A stretch of DNA of 64,000 bases from Bacteriovoracia bacterium. Lineage in GTDB: Bacteria > Bdellovibrionota > UBA1018 > JBFWNL01. The position numbers were made by a program, and so were the translations under genes. Positions within the stretch are counted from its first letter, which is position 1. Each line of letters starts with the position of its first letter. The stretch lies in contig JBFWNL010000010.1 of NCBI GenBank assembly GCA_050251055.1, positions 1-64,000 of the forward strand, written 5' to 3'. Under the pieces are notes generated by a model. That model did not search any database. It saw only the letters and a program-made list of their open reading frames with translations, and was not told the origin of the DNA. Shown here in pieces: positions 47,803 through 58,656 of the stretch.

Positions 47803-48801
47803 ATGAAGGCCGCGACCATCACCCGCAACGGGGGCCCCGGGGTTTTTCAGATGCGCGAGATCAAACCGCCGACGATCGTCGCCGGTGGCATCCGGATCCG
47901 CGTGAAGGCATGCGGCGTGAACTTCGCGGACTTAATGATGCGCATGGGGCTCTACCCCGAGGCGCCGAAACCGCCGTTCGTGCCCGGCTACGAAGTCGCC
48001 GGCACGGTGACGGAAGTCGGCCCAGGCGTGGGCGTGTTTCGTGTCGGTGATCGCGTGATGGCCGCCTGTAAATTCGGCGGCTACACCGAAGAGATCGTGG
48101 TGCCCGCGTTGGTAGCGCGTAAAATTCCCGACGCGATGTCGTTCGAGGAAGCGGCGGCCGTGGTGGTGAACTACATGACGGCGTGGGTAGGTCTCATGGA
48201 CATGGCGCGCGTGCGCTCCGGCGATAGGGTTTTGATCTCGAGCGCGGCAGGCGGCGTGGGCACGGCGGCGGTGCAACTCTGCAAGCATGCGGGCGCGGAA
48301 GTCGTGGGGCTGGTGAGCTCGCACGCCAAAGATGCCTACGTGAAGGGGTTGGGCGCGGACGCGGTTTGGGAGTACGACGAGTGGTACGCGAAAAAAGACG
48401 AGCGCTTCAGCGTCGTCTTCGACGCGAACGGCGGCAAAAGCCTGAAACTCGCCTTCGCCCGGCTCGCGCCCATGGGTCGCGTGGTGAGCTTCGGCGTTTC
48501 GGACATGATTTCGGGCCAGAAGCGAAACCTCTTCAAAACCGTGGCGGGGTTGCTCCAGACACCCATCTTCTCCCAGTTCAAACTCCAGATGCAGAACAAG
48601 GGCGTCTTCGGCCTGAACGTGCTGAAGTTCATGGACGAGCCCGAAACCTTGAGCGGCGCCTTCGACGGCATCATGCAGGGCTTCCAAGAGGGGAAGTACA
48701 AAGTCCACGTCGGGAAAACGTTCCCCCTCGCCCACGCGGGCGAAGCTCACACCTACCTGCAAAGCCGCAAAGGCACCGGCAAGGTCGTCCTGATCACCTG
48801 A
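47803..48801 (+). CDS. MDR-family NAD(P)H oxidoreductase (QOR/VAT-1-like)
   Basis: GVNFADL..RMGLY, PGYEVAG, AAGGVGTA, GKVVL. Confidence 0.9.
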   Translation: MKAATITRNGGPGVFQMREIKPPTIVAGGIRIRVKACGVNFADLMMRMGLYPEAPKPPFVPGYEVAGTVTEVGPGVGVFRVGDRVMAACKFGGYTEEIVVPALVARKIPDAMSFEEAAAVVVNYMTAWVGLMDMARVRSGDRVLISSAAGGVGTAAVQLCKHAGAEVVGLVSSHAKDAYVKGLGADAVWEYDEWYAKKDERFSVVFDANGGKSLKLAFARLAPMGRVVSFGVSDMISGQKRNLFKTVAGLLQTPIFSQFKLQMQNKGVFGLNVLKFMDEPETLSGAFDGIMQGFQEGKYKVHVGKTFPLAHAGEAHTYLQSRKGTGKVVLIT

Positions 48802-48989
48802 GAACACGTTCGACCGCTTTTTTACGCACTGCGCTTCGCTCAAATTACAGGACTCTCAAGTGAAACAACTTGTTAATGATGATGCATAGCGCACCAAAAG
48901 CTTAATCCGACAGCTTTTCATTGCTCACGGCCCTCGGGTCGTTTATAAATTCATATTCATAACAAACACTTGGCTAAGAGGGCACGAGC

Positions 48990-49910
48990 ATGATTCAGGT
49001 TCAGGATCTAACCAAGATGTACGGCGTCCGCGCGGCGGTACAGAATCTCAATTTTGAAATCCAAAAAGGTGAAGTTGTCGGATTCCTGGGGCCGAACGGC
49101 GCCGGCAAGTCGACGACCATGAAGATCATCACGTGCTTCATGCCGCCCACGTCGGGTACGGCGAAAGTCGCGGGCTACGATATCGCCGAAGATCCCATCG
49201 AGGTGAAGCGTAACATCGGCTACCTACCGGAAACGCCGCCCGTCTACCGCGAGATGGTCGTGGAAGATTACCTGGAGTTTGCCGCCAAGCTGCACGACGT
49301 GCCTTCTCCGAAAGTGAGTTCCGCCGTCCGCACCGCGATCGACAAGATCGGCCTGGGCGACGTGCGCCGCCGCCTCATCGGTAACCTCTCGAAAGGCTAC
49401 CAGCAGCGCGTGGGCTTGGCCCAAGCGCTGGTGCACGACCCGAAAGTGCTGATCCTCGACGAACCGACCGTCGGCCTCGACCCCAACCAGATCATCGAGA
49501 TCCGCAAGCTCATTAAAAGCTTGGGCGGCGACCACACCGTCATCCTAAGCTCGCACATCCTGCCCGAGGTGACGGCGACCTGCCAACGCATCATCGTCAT
49601 CAGCAAGGGTCAGATCGTCGCGCAGGACACGCTCGAAAAGCTCACGACCCGCCTGAAGAAAGGGCTGATTTACCGGATGACGGTGCGCAACCCGTCGGCG
49701 GGAGGGATGAGCTCGCTCGAGAAGGTCGCGGGCGTCACGCGCGTCGCCGTCGAAGGCAACGGTTACACCATCGAGCTTGATCCCAAGGCCAGCGAAGTGC
49801 GCGACCAGGTCGTCGCCGCCGCCGTCGGCAGCGGAATGGGCGTACTGGAATTCGCGGCCGAGAAGCTCAGCCTCGAAGAAATCTTCCTCCAACTGACCAC
49901 CCAAGAATAG
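48990..49910 (+). CDS. ABC transporter ATPase, GldA-like
   Basis: GPNGAGKST, LSKGYQQRVGLAQAL, LDEPTVGLDP, SSHILPEV. Confidence 0.92.
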   Translation: MIQVQDLTKMYGVRAAVQNLNFEIQKGEVVGFLGPNGAGKSTTMKIITCFMPPTSGTAKVAGYDIAEDPIEVKRNIGYLPETPPVYREMVVEDYLEFAAKLHDVPSPKVSSAVRTAIDKIGLGDVRRRLIGNLSKGYQQRVGLAQALVHDPKVLILDEPTVGLDPNQIIEIRKLIKSLGGDHTVILSSHILPEVTATCQRIIVISKGQIVAQDTLEKLTTRLKKGLIYRMTVRNPSAGGMSSLEKVAGVTRVAVEGNGYTIELDPKASEVRDQVVAAAVGSGMGVLEFAAEKLSLEEIFLQLTTQE

Positions 49911-49940
49911 AGCCAAGCCAAAGGACCCAAAGGAAACGCT

Positions 49941-50708
49941 ATGAAAAAAATTCTTACCATCGCCTGGCGGGACTACAAAACCTACTTCACCTCGCCGATC
50001 GCCTATATCCTAATGTTCGTTTTCCTCGTGATCATGGGCCTATCCTTCTACAACGGACTGATCACGTTCTATAACTTCACCCAGAACTCGCGCGGCAACT
50101 TCATGGGCGGCGGCCCCCGCAGCATCTCGGATTTCCTGCGCCAGGGCCTATTCCCGATGCTGAACCTGCTGATGCTCTTCATCACGCCGTTCATCACCAT
50201 GCGGCTCCTTTCGGAAGAACGCAAGATGCACACCTACGAGCTGCTCGCCACCGCGCCCATCACCCTGTGGCAGATCGTGCTCGGCAAGTTCCTCTCCGGG
50301 CTGTTCATGGTGCTCACGCTTTTTGCGCTGACGCTCTTCTACCCGATCTTCCTTTATGTTTTCGGCAACCCGGAAACCGGCACGCTCGTCGCGTGTTACC
50401 TCGGGGCGATCCTGATGGCGGCTTGTTACCTTTCGATTGGTACCTTGTTCTCCGCCATGACGGAAAATCAAATCATCTCGGCGGCGGTCACGTTTTCAGC
50501 CTGCTTCTTTTTCTGGATCGTGTCGTGGGCGTCGTACCACATCGGCGCGTTCTGGGGCGATATCCTGAAGTTCTTGTCCCTGCATAGCCATTTCATGACG
50601 ATGAGCGAGGGCCTGATCAACACGAGCGACGTGTTCTTCTTCCTGTCTTTCATCGGTTTCGGACTGTACCTGGCCCGCCAGGTGCTCGAATCCTACCGTT
50701 GGCGTTAA
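49941..50708 (+). CDS. ABC-2 permease, GldF-like
   Basis: YFTSPIAY, TMRLLSEERK..T.ELL.T.P, IVLGKF. Confidence 0.9.
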   Translation: MKKILTIAWRDYKTYFTSPIAYILMFVFLVIMGLSFYNGLITFYNFTQNSRGNFMGGGPRSISDFLRQGLFPMLNLLMLFITPFITMRLLSEERKMHTYELLATAPITLWQIVLGKFLSGLFMVLTLFALTLFYPIFLYVFGNPETGTLVACYLGAILMAACYLSIGTLFSAMTENQIISAAVTFSACFFFWIVSWASYHIGAFWGDILKFLSLHSHFMTMSEGLINTSDVFFFLSFIGFGLYLARQVLESYRWR

Positions 50709-50730
50709 TCGAGCGCTAAGGAGAAAATTT

Positions 50731-52269
50731 ATGAACCAACCTAATGAAAAACGTTCCGCTAAATTCGCCATCGCCCTCTGGCTGGGCGCCTCCGTCCTAG
50801 GACTGGGCCTCCTCTTCGGCCGCATCCTGCTGCCGGAAGCGACCTGGCTCATGTACGCACTCGGGGCCGCCCTGGTGGCGAACCTCTACTTCCTGATCCA
50901 GGAGAACAAGAAGATCTTCTTCAGCAAGCAAACCGCCTACGGCCTCCACGCCACGGTCTCGGTACTCATCGCGCTCGGCATTCTCGGGGTGCTCAACCTG
51001 CTTTCCTACAAGCACCCGATGAAGCTCGACCTCACGAAGAACAGCCTGCACACCTTCTCCGACCAAACCAAGAAGGTCGTAAGAGAGATGAAGAAGGAAG
51101 TGAAGGCGGTGCTTTTCTCCAACACCATCGAACGCGAGAAAATGCGGCCAGTGCTGCAAAACTTCGCGGACCTCAACTCCAACTTCAAGGTCGAGTACGT
51201 CGACATCCAGAAAGAAAAGGCCGCGGTGGAGATCGCCGGCATCACCAAGGCCAACACCCTGAAAATATCGGTCGGCGATCGCAACCTCAAGATCAACGAA
51301 ATCACCGAGGAAAAGATCACCAACGCGCTCATGAAGCTTCTGCGCGAGGGTGACCGCACCATGTGCTTCATCCTGGGCCACGGCGAGAAAGACGCGAAAT
51401 CTAACGAGCCCATCGGCATGGGCATCATCAAAAACGAGCTCGAACAGCAGGCGTACGAAGTAAAGAGCGTCGATCTGCCGACGGAAATGAAGATCCCGGA
51501 CGGCTGCAACACGATCGGCATCTTGGGACCCACGCGCTCTTTCCTGGACGAAGAAATCAAGGTCATCGGCGACTACCTGAACAACGGGGGCCGCGCGATC
51601 ATCGCCCTGGACTTCGTGTTCCAAGGCCCGAATCCGCACGCCAAGCTCGAAGCCCTGATCGAGCAGTGGTACGTGAAGTTTCCGAATGCCCTCGTGATCC
51701 AGCTGCCGAACCCGCAGGTGGTGGCCGCGGCGGACATCTCCAAGGCGCATCCCATCACCAAGGAGTTCGAAACCGCGATCCTCATGCCGCTGCCGCGCGC
51801 GCTCGTGCTCATGCCGGACCCGCCTGCCAGCCTGAACGTGGCTTACCTGGCGAAATCGTCCCCCAAGAGCTGGGGTAAAACGGACATCTCGGAATTCAAA
51901 ACGGGCCGAATCACCATCAACAAAGGCAAGGATCTCGACGGACCGATCGTGCTCGCGGCGGTCGTCGAGGGCAAGCAGAAGGGCTCGACGGCGACGAAGA
52001 ACTCGCGCCTGGTGCTCTTCGGCAGCTCGCACATGGTCGCCAACGGCGGCGTGCAGGCCGGGGGGAATTCGGATTTCTTCATGAACTCGGTGAGCTGGCT
52101 CATGGACGACGAGAACCTGATCTCGATCCGCTCGAAGCAGGACGATCCGGCGAAACTCGAGATCGACGACCAGAAGAACATCATCACGTTCTGGCTCACG
52201 GTGATCCTCTACCCGCTGGCGATCGGCGCGCTGGGCATCGTGGTGTGGATCCGTCGCCGACGCCTGTAG
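50731..52269 (+). CDS. GldG-like ABC auxiliary component
   Basis: Three N-terminal TMs, DLTKNSLHT.S, GHGE, N.DFFMNSVSWL, C-terminal TM and RRRR. Confidence 0.88.
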   Translation: MNQPNEKRSAKFAIALWLGASVLGLGLLFGRILLPEATWLMYALGAALVANLYFLIQENKKIFFSKQTAYGLHATVSVLIALGILGVLNLLSYKHPMKLDLTKNSLHTFSDQTKKVVREMKKEVKAVLFSNTIEREKMRPVLQNFADLNSNFKVEYVDIQKEKAAVEIAGITKANTLKISVGDRNLKINEITEEKITNALMKLLREGDRTMCFILGHGEKDAKSNEPIGMGIIKNELEQQAYEVKSVDLPTEMKIPDGCNTIGILGPTRSFLDEEIKVIGDYLNNGGRAIIALDFVFQGPNPHAKLEALIEQWYVKFPNALVIQLPNPQVVAAADISKAHPITKEFETAILMPLPRALVLMPDPPASLNVAYLAKSSPKSWGKTDISEFKTGRITINKGKDLDGPIVLAAVVEGKQKGSTATKNSRLVLFGSSHMVANGGVQAGGNSDFFMNSVSWLMDDENLISIRSKQDDPAKLEIDDQKNIITFWLTVILYPLAIGALGIVVWIRRRRL

Positions 52270-52279
52270 GAGACATAAC

Positions 52280-53878
52280 ATGCCGAAGAAAATGAACTGG
52301 ACCGGGCAACTCATCGGCGCAGCCGTCCTGCTCGTGGGCGGGGGCGCGATCTACTGGTACGAATATAACTACCTACCAAAGCAGGAGTCCGCGAAAGAAG
52401 AAGTAGAAACGGGCGGGAAAAAACTCATCGACCTCAAGGGCGTCACTCTAAAAAACGTACGCCTCACCGACGGAAGCAAGGTCGTGAACTTCGCCTGCCT
52501 GCCGGGCGAAGACTGCAAAGTGGGCGAAACCAATAACTGGGAAGTAACCTCCTCATTGAACGACCGTAAGTTCCGGGCCGACCGCACCAGCATCAGCTCG
52601 ATGCTTTCGGTGCTGAACAACACGACGGCCAGCGAGACGATCGACCTCAGCACGGACACTCCCGAAACCCAGGCCCGCCTGTTGAAGGAATACGGACTCG
52701 ACGAAGCCACCCGCAAGCAGCCGGGCATGCGCCGCTACGAGTTCACCACCGCCGACGGCAAGGTCCACACCGGCTACCTAGGCGCGATGTATCCCATCGG
52801 TGGCAAGGTGTACGGGCTGCGCGCGGATCCCGAAGGCAAGGTGAATCTCAAGCAGATCCTCTTGCTGCCCAGCAGCCTGGGCGCGAACTTCGACCAAAAA
52901 CTCGGCCACTGGCGGGACAAGAAGATCCTCGACTGGGCTCCGCACGACGTCGTCTCCTTTCAACTGCAGGGGTCGCACGGGAAGATTTCGGGTGAAAAGC
53001 AGGATGGCAAATGGAAGCTCAAGACGTCCGCCGGCGAGCTGCCGGGTGACATCGAAAGCATCGACGGGCTGATGGCCGTGGTGGCGCACATCAACGCGAA
53101 GGAGTTCTTCGCGGAGAAGAAGAACTCCATCCCCGGCAAGAAGGCCGTCGAGATCACCGTGACGAGACGGCGGGAGAAAGCCGCAAACCAGTTGGAATCC
53201 GAACAGCGTACGCTATCGTTTTACGAAGACCGCAAGGATCCCAAAGCGCCGAAAGCGTACGCGGTCGTGGACAATAGCGAAGTGGTGTACGAGCTGGAGC
53301 CGGCGATGAAAGACCGCCTGGACAAGGACGCGAAGTCGCTGCGCCTCTCCAAGCTCATTACGTCCATCGAAAAGCTCGACGTGTCAGGATTGGATTTTGA
53401 AATCCCGGGCCAGGCCACGCCGTTTTCGGTCGATAAAAAAGACGGGAAGTGGAGCGCGAAGGAAAACCCACAGGCCGAGTTGGACGCGGGCAAACTAAAC
53501 GGCCTCGTCGAGAAGCTCGCCGGCAACCGGGTCATCGAGTTCCTCCCGACCGCGCCCGCCGCGGTCGCGCCGGGGCTGGCTTCAGGCAAAGGATTGGCGG
53601 TAACGATCCGCATGAACGGTGGTTCACGTCGATATTTCTTCGTGCAAACGGACAAGGAGCTCTTCGCGAAGGCGGATGCGACGCCTCCGGCGCCCCCGAT
53701 GAAGGAAACCCTGAAACTTGATCCGATGCTAAAGACCGCGCTCCCGTGGTCCGGCGCCGGACTCGCCTTCTTTAAAAAATCGGCGGAAACCGCCAAACCG
53801 GCCGCGCCCAGCCTTCCGCCCGGACATCCGCAAGTTCCTGGGCACGGCGGTGGCTCCCACGACGGACACGGACACTGA
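52280..53878 (+). CDS. DUF4340-like membrane-anchored periplasmic protein
   Basis: N-terminal TM, EYGLD, WRDK, repeated K.DGKW segments; usual partner of GldG-like ABC loci. Confidence 0.7.
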   Translation: MPKKMNWTGQLIGAAVLLVGGGAIYWYEYNYLPKQESAKEEVETGGKKLIDLKGVTLKNVRLTDGSKVVNFACLPGEDCKVGETNNWEVTSSLNDRKFRADRTSISSMLSVLNNTTASETIDLSTDTPETQARLLKEYGLDEATRKQPGMRRYEFTTADGKVHTGYLGAMYPIGGKVYGLRADPEGKVNLKQILLLPSSLGANFDQKLGHWRDKKILDWAPHDVVSFQLQGSHGKISGEKQDGKWKLKTSAGELPGDIESIDGLMAVVAHINAKEFFAEKKNSIPGKKAVEITVTRRREKAANQLESEQRTLSFYEDRKDPKAPKAYAVVDNSEVVYELEPAMKDRLDKDAKSLRLSKLITSIEKLDVSGLDFEIPGQATPFSVDKKDGKWSAKENPQAELDAGKLNGLVEKLAGNRVIEFLPTAPAAVAPGLASGKGLAVTIRMNGGSRRYFFVQTDKELFAKADATPPAPPMKETLKLDPMLKTALPWSGAGLAFFKKSAETAKPAAPSLPPGHPQVPGHGGGSHDGHGH

Positions 53879-53879
53879 G

Positions 53880-54578
53880 ATGACGGAACTTCGCCAGGAA
53901 AGCGCGCTCGATCCGGTGTACGGTTATTTTCGCTCGCTGCGCGACCTGCTTTGGCGTCCCACGGCGTTTTTTCAAACCCAGCCGGAAAAACTGAGCTTAG
54001 GAGGCCCCTTGGCGTTCGCGCTCGTCACGAACTGGGTCGTCGCGGCCGTCGAATACATCTATGCCCAAGTGTTTCGGGGCATGTCCGAAGGCGTTCTATC
54101 GGTGGCGACCCGAAGGATCGTCGAGGACCTGCCTGAAATCGATGGCATCTCGAGGCTCGCGCGCCAGACCGATTTCGGAGGCCTGTTACGGGCTTGGGCC
54201 GTGAGCGTGACGAAAGTCATCTTCGATCCCTTTTGGACCTTGGCGACGCTGGTCGTTTCGGCATGGTTCATTTTCATGGCCGCGAAGCTGCTCGCCCCCA
54301 AAGCCCAGCCCCGCTTCAACTCCACCCTGCGATTCGTCGCCTACGGCTCCTGTGCCTGCATCCTGAGCGTCATTCCCGTCGCCGGCTCGACGCTGGCTTG
54401 GATTTACGCGCTCGCTCTCACCACGATCGGGGCACGGGAAACCTACCGGACTTCGACGGGCCGCGCCTTCATGATCGTGATCCTTCCCAGGCTCTTGATT
54501 TTCTTGGTGGTTGCCTTGACGCTCGTGATGCTGATGATTTTCTTCGGCTTCATCTTCATGAAATTCCTTTCCGGTTAA
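53880..54578 (+). CDS. YIP1-family membrane protein
   Basis: LLWRPTAFF start, about five TMs, IPVAG. Confidence 0.7.
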   Translation: MTELRQESALDPVYGYFRSLRDLLWRPTAFFQTQPEKLSLGGPLAFALVTNWVVAAVEYIYAQVFRGMSEGVLSVATRRIVEDLPEIDGISRLARQTDFGGLLRAWAVSVTKVIFDPFWTLATLVVSAWFIFMAAKLLAPKAQPRFNSTLRFVAYGSCACILSVIPVAGSTLAWIYALALTTIGARETYRTSTGRAFMIVILPRLLIFLVVALTLVMLMIFFGFIFMKFLSG

Positions 54579-54609
54579 CAACTTAGCCCAAATCTGGTAG
54601 TTCGAGCCC

Positions 54610-55245
54610 ATGGTACACAACGCGCTTTCCGGGCACATCGAAGTGGTTTGCGGCAGCATGTTCAGCGGTAAAACCGAGGAACTCGTGCGCCGCCTCAAGC
54701 GCATGATGATCGCCCGCCAAAAAGTCCAGGTGTTTAAGCCCACGATCGATAACCGCTACAGCACGGAACACGTGCAGAGCCACGACGCCAGCCGCCTGGC
54801 CTCACGCTCCGTGGAAAACGCACTCCAGATATTGGAATACGTGGACGACAACACCCAGGTCGTCGGTATAGATGAAGCGCAATTCTTCGACGAAAGCATC
54901 GTCGAGGTCGCCCAGAAGCTCGCGTACCGCGGCAAACGCGTGATCGTCGCGGGCCTGGACATGGATTTCCGGGGTCAGCCCTTCGGCCCGATGCCGCAGC
55001 TTCTCAGCGTGGCCGAGAACGTAACCAAGCTCTCCGCCGTCTGCGTGGTTTGCGGCGGCGTCGCCTCGCGCACCCAGCGCGTGCACCAAAAAGTGGAGGG
55101 GAAGGTCCCCGCGGCTCATGCCTCACAAGTCGTGGTCGGCGCGCAGGAAATGTACGAGGCCCGTTGCCGGTTCTGCCACGAGCCGCACTCGATCAATCCC
55201 GAGAACACCCGCACTACCGGAGTCATGCACGATGCCCACGCCTGA
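54610..55245 (+). CDS. tdk: Thymidine kinase
   Basis: GSMFSGKTEEL, IDEAQFF, AGLDMDF, CVVC...YEARCRFC. Confidence 0.96.
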   Translation: MVHNALSGHIEVVCGSMFSGKTEELVRRLKRMMIARQKVQVFKPTIDNRYSTEHVQSHDASRLASRSVENALQILEYVDDNTQVVGIDEAQFFDESIVEVAQKLAYRGKRVIVAGLDMDFRGQPFGPMPQLLSVAENVTKLSAVCVVCGGVASRTQRVHQKVEGKVPAAHASQVVVGAQEMYEARCRFCHEPHSINPENTRTTGVMHDAHA

Positions 55246-56059
55246 GCCCCGCCCCGATCAGCAATACCAAGGGTTCCGTTACCGACTTTCGGAAATGGAG
55301 CACAAATACGGCCCGAACGTGCACATCCTCTCGGATCCGTTCATGCTCTCGCAGCTGGCGAAGCTATGCGCAGAAACGACTCAGCAACCCTTCATTAATG
55401 AGCTGATCGAAGGCCTTTACTCCTCGCTCCTGAAAGTCGTCATCAACCAGGAGTTTCCGGTCGTAAACAAGGCCGTGCGTACGCGCATGGTCGCCTATCA
55501 CCCGGAAGGCGTTTTTGAAGGCCCCGTGCTCGACACCGAAGTCCCGGTCGTCTCGGTAAATCTGGCGCGTGCCGGCACCGTGCCGTCCCATATCTGCTAC
55601 ACCGAGCTCAACTACCTGATGAACCCCGCGCTCGTGCGTCAGGATCATATCAGCATCGCCCGCAAGACCAATGACCAGCAAAAGGTCACGGGCTCGGAGA
55701 TCTCCGGCCACAAAATCGGCGGCACCGTCGAAAACTCGATCGTTTTGTTTCCCGATCCGATGGGAGCCACCGGGGGCACGCTGGTCGAGTCCCTGGATAC
55801 CTACAAAAAGAATGGAAAAGCGCGGAAGTTCATTGCGCTTCACTGTATTGTTACTCCAGAATACCTCAAGAGGGTGACGAAGGCGCATCCCGACCTCGTG
55901 GTCTACGCGATTCGCTTGGACCGCGGATTGTCTCCGGCTTCCGTGCTAGGGACCGTCCCGGGGACCCACTGGGACCAAGAAAAGGGACTGAACGATAAGT
56001 GCTATATCGTTCCCGGCGGCGGCGGCTTCGGCGAGATTCTCAATAACGCGTACGTATAG
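55232..56059 (+). CDS. upp: Uracil phosphoribosyltransferase
   Basis: LARAG, DPMGATGGT PRPP loop, LNDKCYIVPGGG.FG. Confidence 0.85.
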   Translation: MPTPEPRPDQQYQGFRYRLSEMEHKYGPNVHILSDPFMLSQLAKLCAETTQQPFINELIEGLYSSLLKVVINQEFPVVNKAVRTRMVAYHPEGVFEGPVLDTEVPVVSVNLARAGTVPSHICYTELNYLMNPALVRQDHISIARKTNDQQKVTGSEISGHKIGGTVENSIVLFPDPMGATGGTLVESLDTYKKNGKARKFIALHCIVTPEYLKRVTKAHPDLVVYAIRLDRGLSPASVLGTVPGTHWDQEKGLNDKCYIVPGGGGFGEILNNAYV

Positions 56060-56068
56060 GGAGCGAAA

Positions 56069-56608
56069 ATGGCCGACCAGCCCGTCGTTAAACCGAAGAT
56101 CCTCATCGCCGAGCCGAAGCTACAGGCGCGGGTCAAGGAAATCGCCCAGAAGATCAACCACGATTATCGCGGACTGGAAATCACGGCCGTTTGCGTGCTG
56201 AAGGGCAGCTTCGTTTTCTTCTCCGACCTGATCCGCCAACTCGATCTTTCCATGAGCTGCGAGTTCCTGGGACTTTCGAGCTACGGCGGCCAGACCACGT
56301 CGTCCGGCGAAGTAAAGATGACGCTCGACCTGAACGAACCCATCGAAGGCCGCCACGTGCTGGTGATCGAAGACATCGTGGACACCGGCCTCACCTTGGA
56401 ATACATCGCGCACGCGCTCAAGGGCCGCAAGCCCGCGTCGCTCAAGATCTGCTCCCTGCTCGTGAAACCCGAGTCGATGAAGACCACCTTGGAAGTGGAT
56501 TACGTCGGCTTCACCATCGGCAACGAGTTCGTGGTGGGCTACGGGCTCGACTACGCGGAGAAGTTCCGCGGGCTGCCGTACATCGGCTACATCGAAAACG
56601 AACACTAA
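56069..56608 (+). CDS. hpt: Hypoxanthine phosphoribosyltransferase
   Basis: VLKGSFVF, SSY, VIEDIVDTGLT, FVVGYGLDY. Confidence 0.96.
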   Translation: MADQPVVKPKILIAEPKLQARVKEIAQKINHDYRGLEITAVCVLKGSFVFFSDLIRQLDLSMSCEFLGLSSYGGQTTSSGEVKMTLDLNEPIEGRHVLVIEDIVDTGLTLEYIAHALKGRKPASLKICSLLVKPESMKTTLEVDYVGFTIGNEFVVGYGLDYAEKFRGLPYIGYIENEH

Positions 56609-56623
56609 ACCAGAAGATCCACG

Positions 56624-57703
56624 ATGCACATCGAATCACGCGCCCCGATCCGGATCGACTTGGCCGGTGGTACCCTCGACATCTGGCCGCTGTACCTGCT
56701 CATCCCCCACGCGACCACCGTCAACGTCGGTATCGACATGTACGCCCAGGCATTCTTGCGGGGCGAACCGTCCGATCGCGACGTGTTCGTGCTGCGTTCG
56801 GAGGATCTGAACGCGCAGGCTGAGATCCCGGTCGCCGACGTCTATTCCGCCACGGTCGGTCCCGCGCTCGATCTGCACCTACGTCTCCTTCGCCACTTCT
56901 TGCGGCAGAAAAAAGATTTCCCTTCTCGCAAGCCCCAGCGCGTGACGCTTTCCACGAAAGCGAAAAGCCCCGCGGGCGCGGGCCTAGGCGGATCCTCAGC
57001 GCTGAACATCGCCCTGTGCGGAGCGCTCGATACCTGGGTTTCGGAACGCAAATCACTCGATATAGTGAAAGAAGGCGAACGCCTGATCGGCATCGCCCGC
57101 GACGTCGAGTCCCAGGTATTGAAGGTGCCCGCCGGACTGCAAGATTACTACGGCGCCATGTACGGCGGCCTCCAAGCCATCCAGTGGGCGGCCGGCGAGC
57201 ATCATCGCCGTTGGCTGGATCCCGCGATCCTGAAGGAACTCAGCGCGCGGCTGGTGTTGTTTTATTCCGGAAAATCGCGCAACTCCGGCATCAATAACTG
57301 GCACGTTTATAAATCGGTCATTGATCAGGAACCGACGATCACGGCCCGCCTGCGGGCGATCGCCGAAGCGACCTCCCAGCTGGAAAAGAATCTCTCCGGC
57401 ACCCCGGACTGGACGGCGGCCGTCGCGAGCATCGCCGACGAATGGAAAGCCCGCCGCGAACTGGCCCAGGGGATTTCCACCCCCGAGATGGAAACCGCGT
57501 TCGCGGCCGGCGAGAAGCTTGGCGCGCGTGCCTACAAAGTGTGCGGCGCCGGCGGCGGCGGCTGCTTTTTCCTGATGACGGAGAAAGCGGACGAAGCCCT
57601 GCGCCAAAAGCTCGTGGCGCAGATTCCCGCTTCCGCGCCCGACATCCGGCACCTGCCGTTCCAAGCCGTGAACCACGGCTTGGAAGTCCAAGTGCACGCC
57701 TAG
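56624..57703 (+). CDS. GHMP sugar kinase, HddA-like
   Basis: RAPIRIDLAGGTLD, PAGAGLGGSS, GLQDYY, KVCGAGGGG. Confidence 0.8.
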   Translation: MHIESRAPIRIDLAGGTLDIWPLYLLIPHATTVNVGIDMYAQAFLRGEPSDRDVFVLRSEDLNAQAEIPVADVYSATVGPALDLHLRLLRHFLRQKKDFPSRKPQRVTLSTKAKSPAGAGLGGSSALNIALCGALDTWVSERKSLDIVKEGERLIGIARDVESQVLKVPAGLQDYYGAMYGGLQAIQWAAGEHHRRWLDPAILKELSARLVLFYSGKSRNSGINNWHVYKSVIDQEPTITARLRAIAEATSQLEKNLSGTPDWTAAVASIADEWKARRELAQGISTPEMETAFAAGEKLGARAYKVCGAGGGGCFFLMTEKADEALRQKLVAQIPASAPDIRHLPFQAVNHGLEVQVHA

Positions 57704-57759
57704 ACTTTACGCCGGAACTGGCTATTTTCCCGATATATATATGGTAGACTTGCCCGGAT

Positions 57760-58656
57760 ATGGTGGCCTCCCGCGGAACCTCCCCTGCCCATCGCCCGAG
57801 CGGCAAATCCGGACACGACGTGTCCGCGCCCAGCCGCTACCTAGGACTGGAGCTATCCGGCGCAAAGAGCGATAAAACCACGCTCGCGGCGCTGGAGTAC
57901 TATCCGCGCGAAAAGAAAACCTTCCTACTCGATATCCACGAACGCATGGGCCGAAGTGATCGGTTGACCGCGGACGAAAATCTCCTGGAAGTGATCGACC
58001 AAAACCGCGCGAACTTGGCCGCGATCGCCGTCAACGTGCCGCTCACGCTCCCGCCCTGCCTGGAATGCACGCGCAAGGTTTGTCCGCACGCCGGGGAGTG
58101 CAACGTGGCCGCGATCAAGTGGATGCGCGATACGATGAAGCGCGTGCCCCGCCGGAACTCCGCCCGCGAATTCACCGCCTACACCCAACGGCCCATCGAG
58201 CTCTGGGTACGCCACCACGTGTTTCCGGAGCTGGCCGAAAAATCCCACTTCGAGATCGATGAAAGCTTCGGCGGCAACAAAGCTCCGCTGGCCGCGCGCA
58301 TGCATTTTTTGAAGCGGCATCTGCGCAACGTGAATTTGCTCGAGGTCTGGCCAAAACTGACGGTGGCGATGATCGCCGAGCGGCTGGATCTGCCGGCCCG
58401 GTTTGTAACGAGCTATCGAGATCTGGAGAAAGGCGCCCATTCGCGGCTCGAGATCCTAGAGCCGCTCATCGAGCACTTTGGGGTGTTTGTTTATGAGAAA
58501 GACGTAAAGACGATGGCCCAAAATCTTTCGGCCTTCGACGCATTCGTCTGCGCATTCACCGGACTGCTCTCCGATTTGGAGGAGTGCGAAAAGCCCCCCA
58601 AGGGGTTTCCGATCGCCTCCGGTTGGGTCCAGTATCCGAAAGCGAGCCATGCTTAA
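57760..58656 (+). CDS. DUF429-like predicted RNase H-fold protein with Cys cluster
   Basis: YLGLELSG, VNVPLTLP, CLECTRKVCPHAGEC, LLEVWP, FDAFVCA. Confidence 0.55.
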   Translation: MVASRGTSPAHRPSGKSGHDVSAPSRYLGLELSGAKSDKTTLAALEYYPREKKTFLLDIHERMGRSDRLTADENLLEVIDQNRANLAAIAVNVPLTLPPCLECTRKVCPHAGECNVAAIKWMRDTMKRVPRRNSAREFTAYTQRPIELWVRHHVFPELAEKSHFEIDESFGGNKAPLAARMHFLKRHLRNVNLLEVWPKLTVAMIAERLDLPARFVTSYRDLEKGAHSRLEILEPLIEHFGVFVYEKDVKTMAQNLSAFDAFVCAFTGLLSDLEECEKPPKGFPIASGWVQYPKASHA